Shown here: positions 1-9,743 of the stretch, piece after piece
Numbering within the stretch: the stretch's first letter is position 1
Layout: the number at the start of each line of letters is the position of its first letter
Source of the DNA: Escherichia phage dhabil
Reading direction: 5' to 3' (one strand)
Sequence record: MN850621.1
DNA length: 64,000 nucleotides
Notes under the pieces: generated by a model
The model's input: the letters and a program-made list of their open reading frames with translations, nothing else
Database searches by the model: none
What the model was told of the DNA's origin: nothing
Translations under genes and position numbers: made by a program

Positions 1-709
1 TAGATTGAATTTCTTTACCTAATTCGTTAGTTGGTACTTTAATGGCCAGATTCTCAGTGAATTCTAATTTATTAAATTCACGATTGATTTCAGATTCTTC
101 ATGGGCCTTAGCCAGTTTCAATTTGTCACCGACATCAACTACAAAGTCTAGTTTACGTTCGGTCAAATAGACCATTGAATCCAGGTTATCAGCAAGGTCT
201 TCACCATAATTAGAACGGTCGAAACCTGTCCAGTTAGCCACCTGATACAAACCAACTACGCCACCACCAGTACCAATTTCACGTAAATATGGTTCTTCGA
301 ATGTAAAACGACAGTCGGTTCCATAGGTATAACAGTAGTCGTTACCCCATTCAACTTTATGACCGATAGGAATGATGTCACACCAGTTAAACAAGACATT
401 ATGGCCAATGATATCTTCGGCAATGCAATCGATAGCATGGGCCGAACCATTAGCAACATCAACGTTACGAATAGTGAATTTAGGCTTATCGCCAGTAATC
501 ATGTTAATGGATTTAATATAGCCTTTAACGAGGTCGTTAAATTTGCTGTGGATAACCAGAATAATTTCATCTGATTGGTTACTATACAAATCATACAAAT
601 GTTTTAATACAGTATGTTGTTTGTAGTTAACCAATACCTTCGGGATTTCGTTAGTAATTGGATACAACCGTGAGCCAAGACCTGCGCCTAAAATAACAAC
701 CTTTTTCAT
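1..709 (-). CDS. sugar-1-phosphate nucleotidyltransferase-like protein (3' end beyond window)
   Basis: ATG at 709-707 preceded by GAGGAA; N-terminus MKKVVILGAGLGSRLYPIT matches the G-x-G-x-R-L-x-P-x-T signature of RmlA/GlmU-type NTP transferases; later GSAHAID resembles the GTAHAV motif; no stop before window start. Confidence 0.5.
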   Translation of the reverse strand, partial: MKKVVILGAGLGSRLYPITNEIPKVLVNYKQHTVLKHLYDLYSNQSDEIILVIHSKFNDLVKGYIKSINMITGDKPKFTIRNVDVANGSAHAIDCIAEDIIGHNVLFNWCDIIPIGHKVEWGNDYCYTYGTDCRFTFEEPYLREIGTGGGVVGLYQVANWTGFDRSNYGEDLADNLDSMVYLTERKLDFVVDVGDKLKLAKAHEESEINREFNKLEFTENLAIKVPTNELGKEIQS

Positions 710-769
710 TATCTGTTCCTCAAGTGAATGTAGATACATTATACACTATTTTTAATAAATTTCTATTGC

Positions 770-1270
770 TTAAATCTTATCTTTACCGTATTCCATGCAC
801 TGTTCTACTGCAGCAGGCACTTTGGTCTTAAGCTTGTTGATTTGTTTCTTATAATCGCGCGCCTTATCGAAGCTCTCGGTTTCGAGCATTTCGTAATAAC
901 GGGCCTCGTGGACGGAAATCTGTAGATTGATATGGTTTACACACATCGCGTACAGTTTCTGCTTTTTGTACAAATCATCTTGGCGCTTCATTTCTGCCTG
1001 GTGTTTGGCTAGTACCGCTTCACGCTTAGACTCTTGTTCACGTTGGAATTCGATTTCCCTTTGAGCATATTTTGCACAGTTATTACCACATTGATTATTA
1101 GCTCGGGTATACACAAGTCCAGAACCAGCACGGAATTTCATTTCGCCGTCGAATTGTTTCTGTTCAGCTGCAATACGAGCTTTACCAACTTCATCAGCCG
1201 AAACTGCATCGCCGTATTGGACCGCGCAACCTGATAGGAGCATACTCATTGCGATAATTAACTTTTTCAT
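770..1270 (-). CDS. putative lipoprotein
   Basis: N-terminal signal peptide with lipobox LLSGC; SD GAGGA before ATG; position downstream of imm-like gene. Confidence 0.5.
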   Translation of the reverse strand: MKKLIIAMSMLLSGCAVQYGDAVSADEVGKARIAAEQKQFDGEMKFRAGSGLVYTRANNQCGNNCAKYAQREIEFQREQESKREAVLAKHQAEMKRQDDLYKKQKLYAMCVNHINLQISVHEARYYEMLETESFDKARDYKKQINKLKTKVPAAVEQCMEYGKDKI

Positions 1271-1411
1271 AATATCCTCAATTAAAACAGTTATACTTAA
1301 TTTGTGCTATAAGAATAATCCATCCCATGATTAATGTTGGAATCATTGGAGGAATTGCCACTGCCCAATAAATGGTAAAGGCAACCATTATAAGAAATAA
1401 AATAATTATCT

Positions 1412-1648
1412 TCATTGTTTAACGATAATGATTTGTGCGTTTGATTTACGTTCAGCGACGATAGCCCAGATTAAAGCCACTACCCAACCAATCATCGTCC
1501 ATCCTAACAGGAGATTAAGGAAGAAGATTCCGACATTGCTACGAGTGCCTCGCAGAAGAGCCAGAATCCATGGTAAAAAGTAACCAATGAACATAATAAC
1601 CAGAGAACCGAATCCTAAAACACCAGCACTAACGATTAAAGCTTCCAT
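1412..1648 (-). CDS. small two-helix membrane protein, positional equivalent of T4 imm
   Basis: 78 aa, two hydrophobic segments; immediately downstream of gene 43 as imm is in T4; early promoter cassette upstream. Confidence 0.45.
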   Translation of the reverse strand: MEALIVSAGVLGFGSLVIMFIGYFLPWILALLRGTRSNVGIFFLNLLLGWTMIGWVVALIWAIVAERKSNAQIIIVKQ

Positions 1649-1649
1649 T

Positions 1650-1708
1650 ATAATTTCCTCATGTAGTTGATAGGAAGGATACTACCACGTTCCATGTGGT
1701 ATGTAAAC
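1650..1708 (-). promoter_or_regulatory. early sigma70-type promoter (degenerate cassette copy)
   Basis: Minus strand GTTTAC, 18 nt, TAGTAT, then SD and ATG of imm-like gene. Confidence 0.5.
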
Positions 1709-1710
1709 AC

Positions 1711-4422
1711 TTAAAAGTCAAACATGTCAAATAATGTTGCTTTTTTCTCGTAGTCGATTTTAGCAGACTCAGTAAAACCGGTCAGAGGTTTGATAAAGGT
1801 CTTTTGGAACAGTACATTGTAGTCCATCCAACGGAGGACTTGGTCACGAATCTGAATCGGAAGTTCAATACCTGACGGCCATGCCATACAAGCTTCACCG
1901 AACGGGTTGCCTTCTTTAAGTGGCAGTACATATACCTTTTCACCATCAACGATACGAGGCATAGTCAAATCACCGGCAGAAGCACGCATGTAAGCTAAGC
2001 AACCTTTGATGTGGTACGGACATTTAGAACCAGGGAAACCGCCTTCATTATATTTCTCGATGTTGTTAGCACTGGATACTGCAGCAATGCTTACATAGTC
2101 TAGTTCGTTAAATTCCTTATTAAACTGTTTGAAATATTCTTGCAAAGAGGCCTCGCCTTCTTGAAGCATACGTCGGATACATTCTTTCAGAGCTTTCTGA
2201 ACCGCTTTAGGTGTACTTGATTTCTGGGTTTCGAGACCCATGATTTTCAAGTGTGGTTCGGCATAGCGAGTACCTTCCATGTCCCAAACGTTCAGTGCAT
2301 AACGTTTCTTGCCTGTCCAGAATCCACCAAGACCTTTAGAACCAAGTGGAGGACCAGCGATAGCTTCTCGGTCCATGAACATCAAGTGCTGTTTATTGTT
2401 CATGTATTCACACATCTCACGGAAGCCTGCATCAATAGCTGGTTCCATACGTTCACGTGCAAATTTATCTAAGAAGTCGACCCAGTGGTTGGTATCACGG
2501 AATTTGTCTTCGCCTACTTTATTGATGATTGCATCGGCCTTAACATAAATGGAGTCGGTATCACCATAGAGCACGAACTTCTGGTTTTCAGTCTTGCACA
2601 CACCATTCAGATATTCGTTAACCTTACGTTCAATCCATTGGAGGGCCATTTGACCAAACAATGTTATTGCAGTTGCGTTCCTGAGGTCATAGTAACGGAA
2701 CCATACGTTACCAAGTGCACCATAAAGGGAGTTGATAAGCAATTTACGGTTAATCTGAGCAGTCATACCTGCGACTTCAGTACGTTCGGCTTTGAACAAC
2801 ATTTCTTTTAAAGAAGAGGCTGACAATTTTTTAATCTGGGCTTTGACTTCGTCAGAGAAGTCGAAACGATAATCAACATCCAATGGACTATCAACAGACA
2901 GATTAGGATTTTCTAATGCTTCTTTAATTAACTCACCATTACGTTGAGCTGCAAGCATATAACCTTTATGTTCTTTACGTTGTAAGAACACCTTCGTGAT
3001 TTCTGTAGGAATCACACCATCACGGTCTTTATAGTACATCATGCCGTTAGGAGAGCAACTGTAGGTGTCGCTAGGACGCGGAGCAGTTCCGGCAATATAT
3101 TCATGTATCGGCGCGTTTGCGAATGTCCCTGCGATGGTCTCTGGGCTTATATTCACTTGTCGAATGATACTCGGGTACAGAGATGTAAGGTCGAAACTCA
3201 TTACATATTTGTACGCGTTAGGAATAGGTTCCTTAACGAAAGCGCCTGGATAAGGTTGAACCGCATGCGATTTGGCCTGAGGAATAACTTTACCCTGTTC
3301 TTTAAGGCTATTAAAGATAATAGCGTCCCAAGTCTTAATTGGACTGAACACCGACTGAATCTGCATCTTGGCATAGTAACCCATGTCCAGACTAAGAAGA
3401 ATGAACTGGCGTTTCATATCAATCTGCACAACACGATATACGTCGATAATGTTATAGGAAATATATCGTTGGTGGTTCGTCTCACGTAACTTGGAGATAG
3501 GACCATCATATTTCAACTTACCTACTTTCAATTCATATTCAGAAACGTAATCCAGAGAATAAGAAGGCTGGTTAGTAAAGCTGAATTTTTTATAAAGGTC
3601 GATATAATCCAGAACAGAGATACCGAACAGTGTAATAATTTCGCGAGCGCCGTACATGTTCTCGATAACTTTAACACGAGTCTTACGATGCGGGCTTAAT
3701 CGCTTAGCAGTGTTCTCACCAAACAGATTTTTCAGACGGTTATAAACGTATGGCACGTCAAATGATTCAACGTTCCATCCAGTCAAAATCACAGGAGTTT
3801 TCTGTTGCCAGAAATTAAGATACTCAAGCATCATTTCTTCTTCAGAATTAAACGGAAGATAAACGATTTTGTCAATGATTTCCTGTGGAACTTCGTCACC
3901 ACCTTCGTCTTGGAGTTTCTCAGCGATTTTAATCGACCACTCTTCGACCGTACCATAAGGTGAAACTAAAAGGTCGAATACATAGAATTTATCATCAATC
4001 GAGTCGTAGTGAGTAATGGCATCGATAGGATGTTTAGCCTGGGCAGGTTCAGGGAATCCATCAGGAGATGTTACCTCGATGTCGAAGTTAGCAATACGAA
4101 TCTTAGAAGAATCATACTTGATTTCTTTACGATAGGTATCAGACAAATAGGCTAATTTATAGTCATCCATACCAAGGGCTTCGAGACCCATATCGTCCAT
4201 GCGCTTCATCCACTGAGAAGCATCGCGCATTGAATCGAATTCTTTCTTAACACAGCCCTTACCGTAGATGTCAATATATTTTACGGCTTGCTCTGGGTTA
4301 GCATGCATAAACATTGTAGGCTTGTAAGGAACTTCACGACTACGTTCGTTACCATTTTTATCGATGTAACGTTCGAGAATATTATCACCGATTTGTTCGA
4401 CTGTCAAATAGAATTCTTGCAT
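1711..4422 (-). CDS. 43: DNA polymerase (family B), gp43
   Basis: Motifs FDIEV (exo I), DLTSLYPSII (pol A), KLLINSLYGALG (pol B), YGDTDS (pol C); about 903 aa from ATG at 4422 (track ORF starts 20 codons upstream at a non-ATG codon); SD AAGGAAA. Confidence 0.97.
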   Translation of the reverse strand: MQEFYLTVEQIGDNILERYIDKNGNERSREVPYKPTMFMHANPEQAVKYIDIYGKGCVKKEFDSMRDASQWMKRMDDMGLEALGMDDYKLAYLSDTYRKEIKYDSSKIRIANFDIEVTSPDGFPEPAQAKHPIDAITHYDSIDDKFYVFDLLVSPYGTVEEWSIKIAEKLQDEGGDEVPQEIIDKIVYLPFNSEEEMMLEYLNFWQQKTPVILTGWNVESFDVPYVYNRLKNLFGENTAKRLSPHRKTRVKVIENMYGAREIITLFGISVLDYIDLYKKFSFTNQPSYSLDYVSEYELKVGKLKYDGPISKLRETNHQRYISYNIIDVYRVVQIDMKRQFILLSLDMGYYAKMQIQSVFSPIKTWDAIIFNSLKEQGKVIPQAKSHAVQPYPGAFVKEPIPNAYKYVMSFDLTSLYPSIIRQVNISPETIAGTFANAPIHEYIAGTAPRPSDTYSCSPNGMMYYKDRDGVIPTEITKVFLQRKEHKGYMLAAQRNGELIKEALENPNLSVDSPLDVDYRFDFSDEVKAQIKKLSASSLKEMLFKAERTEVAGMTAQINRKLLINSLYGALGNVWFRYYDLRNATAITLFGQMALQWIERKVNEYLNGVCKTENQKFVLYGDTDSIYVKADAIINKVGEDKFRDTNHWVDFLDKFARERMEPAIDAGFREMCEYMNNKQHLMFMDREAIAGPPLGSKGLGGFWTGKKRYALNVWDMEGTRYAEPHLKIMGLETQKSSTPKAVQKALKECIRRMLQEGEASLQEYFKQFNKEFNELDYVSIAAVSSANNIEKYNEGGFPGSKCPYHIKGCLAYMRASAGDLTMPRIVDGEKVYVLPLKEGNPFGEACMAWPSGIELPIQIRDQVLRWMDYNVLFQKTFIKPLTGFTESAKIDYEKKATLFDMFDF

Positions 4423-4480
4423 TTCATTTCCTTTATAGACGAGTGATTGTCTTTTGTTTGTTGATGAATCATTATACTCC

Positions 4481-4503
4481 AAAAAAGGGACCGAAGTCCC
4501 TTT
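4481..4503 (-). terminator. intrinsic terminator (TTCG loop) upstream of gene 43 leader
   Basis: Minus GGGAC-TTCG-GTCCC followed by TTTTTT; then GGAGTATAAT and gene 43 SD. Confidence 0.6.
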
Positions 4504-4505
4504 GC

Positions 4506-4721
4506 TTAAATTTCTATTGTCAAACGTTTAATAGTCGGATTGCCATCTTCGCCTTTAGTTCTAATCATAGCCTGGAAGACTTGCTGACCTGGATGTAGTA
4601 ACTTATGGAGGTCCTTTTGAAATTCTATTTGGAGCTCTTCGGAAAGGTCAAAAACAGTTTGAGTTGGTGAAAGCCCGTACACCTCTTTAAGACGTTCACA
4701 CATTTCAATTTCAAGAATCAT
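4506..4721 (-). CDS. hypothetical small protein between regA and gene 43
   Basis: In-frame ATG (MILEIEM...) just after regA stop; 71 aa; start uncertain. Confidence 0.3.
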   Translation of the reverse strand: MILEIEMCERLKEVYGLSPTQTVFDLSEELQIEFQKDLHKLLHPGQQVFQAMIRTKGEDGNPTIKRLTIEI

Positions 4722-4722
4722 A

Positions 4723-5085
4723 TTAATTACCAATGGTATACTTAGACAATAGTTCCCAGTCATTTTTCTGTTTAAAGGAAATGACACGGAAATTATTAGT
4801 AATTTCGAACAATTCAGAATCGTCTACAATATCAATAAGTCCCCAATCCTTAAGAAGCTGGGCGATAGAATCGCGGCGTTGGTAGTCTTCACCATCGATA
4901 TCTACCTGGCGACCGTCCATACGCAACATCTCTTTAAAGTGGACAATATAATACCGTCCTTGCTTTTGCAAAATGTGGCAGGATTGATATAGTTTCTTTT
5001 CTTTATTATTAGCGATACCCATACGAGTCAGGGTCTCTTTCACTTTTAGGAAGTCTTCAGGTTGCTTCAGAGTAATTTCAATCAT
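4723..5085 (-). CDS. regA: translational repressor RegA
   Basis: 120 aa, MIEITLKQPEDFLKVKETLTRMGIANN... closely resembles T4 RegA; sits between gene 62 and gene 43 as in T4. Confidence 0.93.
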   Translation of the reverse strand: MIEITLKQPEDFLKVKETLTRMGIANNKEKKLYQSCHILQKQGRYYIVHFKEMLRMDGRQVDIDGEDYQRRDSIAQLLKDWGLIDIVDDSELFEITNNFRVISFKQKNDWELLSKYTIGN

Positions 5086-5091
5086 TTTAAT

Positions 5092-5664
5092 TTACCATTC
5101 CAATGCTTTCTTTTTCAAGTCTTTTTGTTCTTTCACATTTTTAGTTACGGATTTCAGGAACTCGTCCGTAACCAACCCTTTCATCTTCTTAAGCATCGCC
5201 GGAAGATGGCCTTTAATTTTATAAGTCTCGAGATAACGATAAGCGTCATCATTATTAATTGAATGGTATTTCATTAATAAACGAGTAATAAAAACTACAC
5301 TAACTTCATCATCATGGGCCTTAGCCCATTTACCAAATCTCTTACCCTTAGGAACAGCATGTAAAAGATAGTTGAAGTGGCTTTGGTCGTCAAGTTTAAG
5401 ACAGTTAACCATCGCGGCTTGCATAATGCAATCTACGTGTTGGCTCAAACTATTATCTAGCCAAAATTGATTATAGTTTTCTGATTGAGCCAGGTTACGT
5501 TGTTTTTTACCGTATGTGATATCGTTCATAATGGCAAACAATTCGTTTTCAGCCTTTTCTTTAAATGAATCGGCTAAGGCTTGAATAGCAGCGTCGTTAC
5601 GTTGTTTCCAAGCAACTTCATGTTCATTCAGTTCAACGTCATCATCAAAAAGACTTATAGCCAT
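5092..5664 (-). CDS. 62: clamp loader small subunit gp62
   Basis: 190 aa; T4 gp62-like sequence and position between gene 44 and regA; start overlaps gene 44 stop. Confidence 0.85.
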   Translation of the reverse strand: MAISLFDDDVELNEHEVAWKQRNDAAIQALADSFKEKAENELFAIMNDITYGKKQRNLAQSENYNQFWLDNSLSQHVDCIMQAAMVNCLKLDDQSHFNYLLHAVPKGKRFGKWAKAHDDEVSVVFITRLLMKYHSINNDDAYRYLETYKIKGHLPAMLKKMKGLVTDEFLKSVTKNVKEQKDLKKKALEW

Positions 5665-6614
5665 TGGAGCTCCAGAGCAAGTTGGATAAAAAGATAAGTC
5701 AGGTGAATTTCTGGGTTAGCAGCAATACCATGGTATTGGTTATTTTCACCGACGATTTCATACATTCTAACAATGCTTGGCCCAGGCAATTTACCATAGA
5801 GTTCGTTAGCCAATGTCATAATAAAGTTGGTATAATCATTGACATGACGTGGAGCTAATGCACGGAGTTCTTTAAAGTTTTTATCTTTCAGTGCAGCCAC
5901 TACTTCATCAATAGGCGAATTGGTATTCATTACAATACTCAAAATGCCTGTATCGATTTTACCACTTGAGGAATAACGGTCTAGTTGGTTAACTGTTTTA
6001 CGGAAGTCAGGGAAGTTTTGTTTAACTAAAGCAGCAATAACTTTAAGGTCTTCGACTTCGATATTTTCGTTTTTACAAATTGCTACTGCACGATGAATCA
6101 TTTCTTTCATCATGGTTGTTTGGTCAGCTGGAGTGGCTTCACCAAATTTAATTACGCGACAACGAGATTGAAGTGGACCGATAATACCGTCAATATTGTT
6201 TGCTGTAATAATTACAGAACAGTTTGAGGAATAGGCCTCTAAGAATGAACGAAGGTGGCGTTGAGCTTCAGCAACACCAGCACGGTCGAATTCGTCAATA
6301 ACAATTACCTTACGTTTACCTTCGATAGATTTAGAAGATGCAAAACGAGTAAGTTCGTTACGAACGAAATCAATACGACAGTCGGAACCGTTAACAAACA
6401 ACATGTCTGAATTTGTATCAGCACACAATGCTTTAGCCACGGTAGTTTTACCTGTGCCTGGTGAAGCAGAGACTAGGATAATGTTAGGGATTAGGCCCTT
6501 ATTAACAATGGCTTGGAGAGTTTCTTTATCATGAGCAGGCAGAATACATTCAGATAAAGTACCTGGACGATATTTCTGTTCCCACATGAATTCATTATTA
6601 TTTACTGTAAGCAT
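5655..6614 (-). CDS. 44: clamp loader ATPase gp44
   Basis: 319 aa; Walker A SPGTGKTT, Walker B VIVIDEFD, SRC motif (QSRCRV); T4 gp44-like. Confidence 0.95.
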   Translation of the reverse strand: MLTVNNNEFMWEQKYRPGTLSECILPAHDKETLQAIVNKGLIPNIILVSASPGTGKTTVAKALCADTNSDMLFVNGSDCRIDFVRNELTRFASSKSIEGKRKVIVIDEFDRAGVAEAQRHLRSFLEAYSSNCSVIITANNIDGIIGPLQSRCRVIKFGEATPADQTTMMKEMIHRAVAICKNENIEVEDLKVIAALVKQNFPDFRKTVNQLDRYSSSGKIDTGILSIVMNTNSPIDEVVAALKDKNFKELRALAPRHVNDYTNFIMTLANELYGKLPGPSIVRMYEIVGENNQYHGIAANPEIHLTYLFIQLALELQWL

Positions 6615-6651
6615 ATTAATTTCCTCAGGTTTGTTTTTACATTATACTCCA

Positions 6652-6670
6652 AGGGAGGAATTTCCTCCCT
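6652..6670 (-). other. perfect 20-bp palindrome between gene 45 and gene 44
   Basis: AGGGAGGAAATTTCCTCCCT, followed on minus strand by GGAGTATAAT. Confidence 0.45.
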
Positions 6671-6675
6671 ATGCT

Positions 6676-7374
6676 TTAGAACGAGTGGCTTGAGCCTGCT
6701 TCCATAGCTAATACATAAGAAGCTTGTGTACCTTCAAACTTAGCTGCAAATCGAGCATCCTGACCTTCACCACGAGCCCATAGCAATACATGATAATCGG
6801 CTGGCATCATTTTCATATTGGTTTTGTTAATGATGAACTTAAAGTCAGGACCGTCATGATCGGCTACTACCAAAGAATACAGTGGACGAGTTAATTCTTT
6901 ATCGTCGACTTGTTTATAACCGTTGATAACAATTTTACCATCGTCTACAGTGATTGCAAATGTATCAATACTCAGACCAGAGGACACACGCATCAACTGT
7001 TGATAATCTTCGGCTTTCAGGTCGAAAATAACTTCAGCCACAGGGAACGGGATAGCTTTACTTGGGAATGCGATTGTGCTTGGGTCAGCAATAGGCCACT
7101 TAATTGTTGAACGTTGGTCTTTAATAATTAATGTGGTTTGGTCTTCACTTACCGAAACTTCAGCACTTTCTGATACCAAAGACAGAATACTTAAGAAGCC
7201 ATTCAAATCATAGATTGCTGCTTCGATATCGAAGGTATCACTTACAGTAGCTTCACCATAACTTGCACCGGTAACAGATCGGGTCAGAATGGTGTTACCT
7301 GGTTTAAGCATAATGCCCGGGTTAATACCAGAGAAGTTTTTAAGAATGTTCAGGGTTTCTTTAGAGAATTTCAT
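6676..7374 (-). CDS. 45: sliding clamp gp45
   Basis: 232 aa; T4 gp45-like sequence and size; upstream of 44/62. Confidence 0.93.
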   Translation of the reverse strand: MKFSKETLNILKNFSGINPGIMLKPGNTILTRSVTGASYGEATVSDTFDIEAAIYDLNGFLSILSLVSESAEVSVSEDQTTLIIKDQRSTIKWPIADPSTIAFPSKAIPFPVAEVIFDLKAEDYQQLMRVSSGLSIDTFAITVDDGKIVINGYKQVDDKELTRPLYSLVVADHDGPDFKFIINKTNMKMMPADYHVLLWARGEGQDARFAAKFEGTQASYVLAMEAGSSHSF

Positions 7375-7396
7375 AATGTTTCCTTATCAAGTCAAA

Positions 7397-7816
7397 TTAA
7401 GCAATTACGATCATTTGTTTACGGATTGATTCAGGCAGAGATTCAATATACTCTGGAATCTGGGAAGCAACCATAGCACCGGCTTCAAGCAACTGCTCAT
7501 CAGGGTCGACGCAATAATCATCTTCTAAACGTTCAGAACCGTCGCGGTCGATAACAAGTTTAGCACCTGCGGCCAGTGAATCATTATAATGGCGACGCAT
7601 GATTTCTACCCACTTATCAGATACGTCGTTATCAATAATACCGTAGAGCATGAACTTAGTTTCTTGTGGAAGAGACTGCAGTCGACGGGCAGAGTTGGTA
7701 TCAATATTCAGCACCCATGATTTACGGATACGGTTCTGATTATGCGGGTTGGAATCAGTACGGATGGTTTTAACTTGGATATCTTTAACTGTAACGCCAT
7801 TAGAAGTAGCAAACAT
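7397..7816 (-). CDS. hypothetical protein at T4 rpbA position
   Basis: ORF between gene 45 and gene 46; start set to internal ATG (MFATSNG...); track ORF begins at an upstream TTG. Confidence 0.45.
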   Translation of the reverse strand: MFATSNGVTVKDIQVKTIRTDSNPHNQNRIRKSWVLNIDTNSARRLQSLPQETKFMLYGIIDNDVSDKWVEIMRRHYNDSLAAGAKLVIDRDGSERLEDDYCVDPDEQLLEAGAMVASQIPEYIESLPESIRKQMIVIA

Positions 7817-7872
7817 AATATTTTCTCTCATTTGGTTGGTAAATGTATTATAAATCAATATTTTAAAGCAAT

Positions 7873-8064
7873 TTAATCAAAGTACTCGTAGACAAACCAT
7901 GCTGGATTTCTATTTGACATGATTTTATCATATTCTGACTTAAAAGCATTTTGGAGATAATCTTCAGTAACAAGATGTTCGTCTCCAGAGAAGTTGTTAA
8001 CTAAAACATATCTCTTTATTTCCGGAACGGCCAACAAATGCTGGCCTGTTATAAAATCACTCAT
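7873..8064 (-). CDS. hypothetical small protein (45.2 position)
   Basis: 63 aa ORF, start overlaps gene 46 stop. Confidence 0.45.
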   Translation of the reverse strand: MSDFITGQHLLAVPEIKRYVLVNNFSGDEHLVTEDYLQNAFKSEYDKIMSNRNPAWFVYEYFD

Positions 8065-9743
8065 TCCATCACCGTGAATCGTCCAACTTTCTTCATTTGG
8101 AGATGTTGGCCATAAGCTTGTGGGTCATGGTCTCGGTGAGAGATAATGAACACGTTCGTATCCTCAAGGCTATTCAAGATGGTTGCAATGCTCTTAACGC
8201 CTTCAGCGTCAGTTGCACTGTCAAATACCTCATCAAGAATCAGTGTGGATATATTAACACCTGATACCCTAGAAGCAATATCACGCCATGTAAAAAGAAG
8301 TGCGATATCAATACGTGCTTTCTCACCCTGTGAAAATGAAGCATAACTAAAGTCTTCACGTCCACGTGATTTAATCGTCTCATTGAATTCTTCGTCTAGA
8401 GTAAAGACGTAGTCCGCTTCCATAATCTTCAAATAAGAATTAATCTGCTTATTAAAGATAGGAATGTATTTCTTAATAATGGAACCTTTAATACCGGTAT
8501 CCTTCAACATTTCTGTCAGAATTCCACGATGATATTTTTCCATTACCAAGGACGATTTGGTAGAGACGATTTTATCAAGCTCCGCTTGAAGCGTAGCAAT
8601 CTCTTCAGCATTACTTACGAACTCAGCTGCTGCCTGGTCAATTAATACCTTAACCTTTTTAGCTTTCTCTACAGCAGTAATGGCTTGCTGCTTATGAGTA
8701 GCTATCTGAGATTTAATAGCCAAAGCTTTATTGCGTTGTTCGGTTACTTGGTCTTTAATGAGCTTGAGTTCTTGGTATTGCTCATTAATCTTATCCAAAG
8801 ATTTTTGAAGCTCAAAGTTTTTATCCTTAATTTTAGTAAGGATATTACCATGCTCTTCTAACCCTTGCATACACGTAGGACAATGGCCACCGGTTTCGTA
8901 TAACTTAATTACCTTTGTAAAGGTTGCCATATCATTTTTGATTGCAAATCCTTTATTACTCAGGTCACTCATGGAGTTGCTAGGGTCATCATCTACGATA
9001 ACATTGAGTAATTCATCAGTCAGGGATTCTATGCTCGCCTTCGCAGTCCTGGCTTCTTTAACGAGCTCATCATACATTAATTGTAGACGGGCAGCGTTCT
9101 CGCCGGATAATTTACGTTGACGTTCTTCGTTGTCGTTATAAATTTTAATTTGTTGGGTAATAGAATCTTGCTTAACGTCTATTACTTGGATTTGGCTATT
9201 AGTCTCACGAATCAAAGATTTGTTCAACTTATCCATATCCGCTAATACAGAAACCTCTAAGAGGTCTTCGACGAGTTTTCTTCTTGCAGGAGTGGATAGG
9301 CCCATAAAAGGGGTATATCCAGCTGTGCCGAGTACGACAATTTGTTTAAAGCTTGCGTAGGACATTCCGATAAGCTGTTCAAATTCCGCTTGGAAGTCTT
9401 TACTGCTGGCAGATTCATCAAGACGTTCACCGTCACAAGAGATTTCAAAAACGTTGGGTTTTTGCCCGCGTTTGATATAGTATTCTTTGCCATCATATTC
9501 CATCCACAGTTCGACCAAAAGGTCTTTCTTGTTACTTGAGTTAATCAACTGCCCTTTCTTAACATCACGAAAAGGCTTACCAAACAGAGCAAATGTTACA
9601 GCTTCAAGGAATGTTGATTTCCCTGCACCATTTTTACCTGTGACTAAGGTCTTTTGGACCTTATCAAGTTGGATTGTAATAGGCTGCTGCCCTACCGACA
9701 TAATATTTTTATACGTTACTTTATTTAACTTAAACGTTTTCAT
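8061..9743 (-). CDS. 46: recombination endonuclease ATPase subunit gp46 (Rad50/SbcC-like)
   Basis: 560 aa; Walker A GKNGAGKST, central coiled coil with CPTC zinc hook, C-terminal LILDEVFD (Walker B); T4 gp46-like. Confidence 0.93.
   Translation of the reverse strand: MKTFKLNKVTYKNIMSVGQQPITIQLDKVQKTLVTGKNGAGKSTFLEAVTFALFGKPFRDVKKGQLINSSNKKDLLVELWMEYDGKEYYIKRGQKPNVFEISCDGERLDESASSKDFQAEFEQLIGMSYASFKQIVVLGTAGYTPFMGLSTPARRKLVEDLLEVSVLADMDKLNKSLIRETNSQIQVIDVKQDSITQQIKIYNDNEERQRKLSGENAARLQLMYDELVKEARTAKASIESLTDELLNVIVDDDPSNSMSDLSNKGFAIKNDMATFTKVIKLYETGGHCPTCMQGLEEHGNILTKIKDKNFELQKSLDKINEQYQELKLIKDQVTEQRNKALAIKSQIATHKQQAITAVEKAKKVKVLIDQAAAEFVSNAEEIATLQAELDKIVSTKSSLVMEKYHRGILTEMLKDTGIKGSIIKKYIPIFNKQINSYLKIMEADYVFTLDEEFNETIKSRGREDFSYASFSQGEKARIDIALLFTWRDIASRVSGVNISTLILDEVFDSATDAEGVKSIATILNSLEDTNVFIISHRDHDPQAYGQHLQMKKVGRFTVME

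Noticed and set aside
1-709. dCMP hydroxymethylase (gene 42) expected here from T4 synteny
   Set aside because: The translated sequence has nucleotidyltransferase motifs and none of the thymidylate-synthase-like features of gene 42.
2251-3489. Plus-strand ORFs (73-128 aa) inside the DNA polymerase gene
   Set aside because: Antisense to a strongly supported gene, no Shine-Dalgarno sequence; shadow ORFs.
1711-4482. Track ORF starts that extend upstream of the likely start (gp43 at 4482, also 18215-19285, 22299-23366, 35477-35767, 41093-41371 and others)
   Set aside because: The extensions begin at TTG/GTG or unsupported ATG codons and run through promoter cassettes or neighbouring stops; an in-frame ATG with a Shine-Dalgarno sequence lies downstream, so the shorter CDS was annotated.
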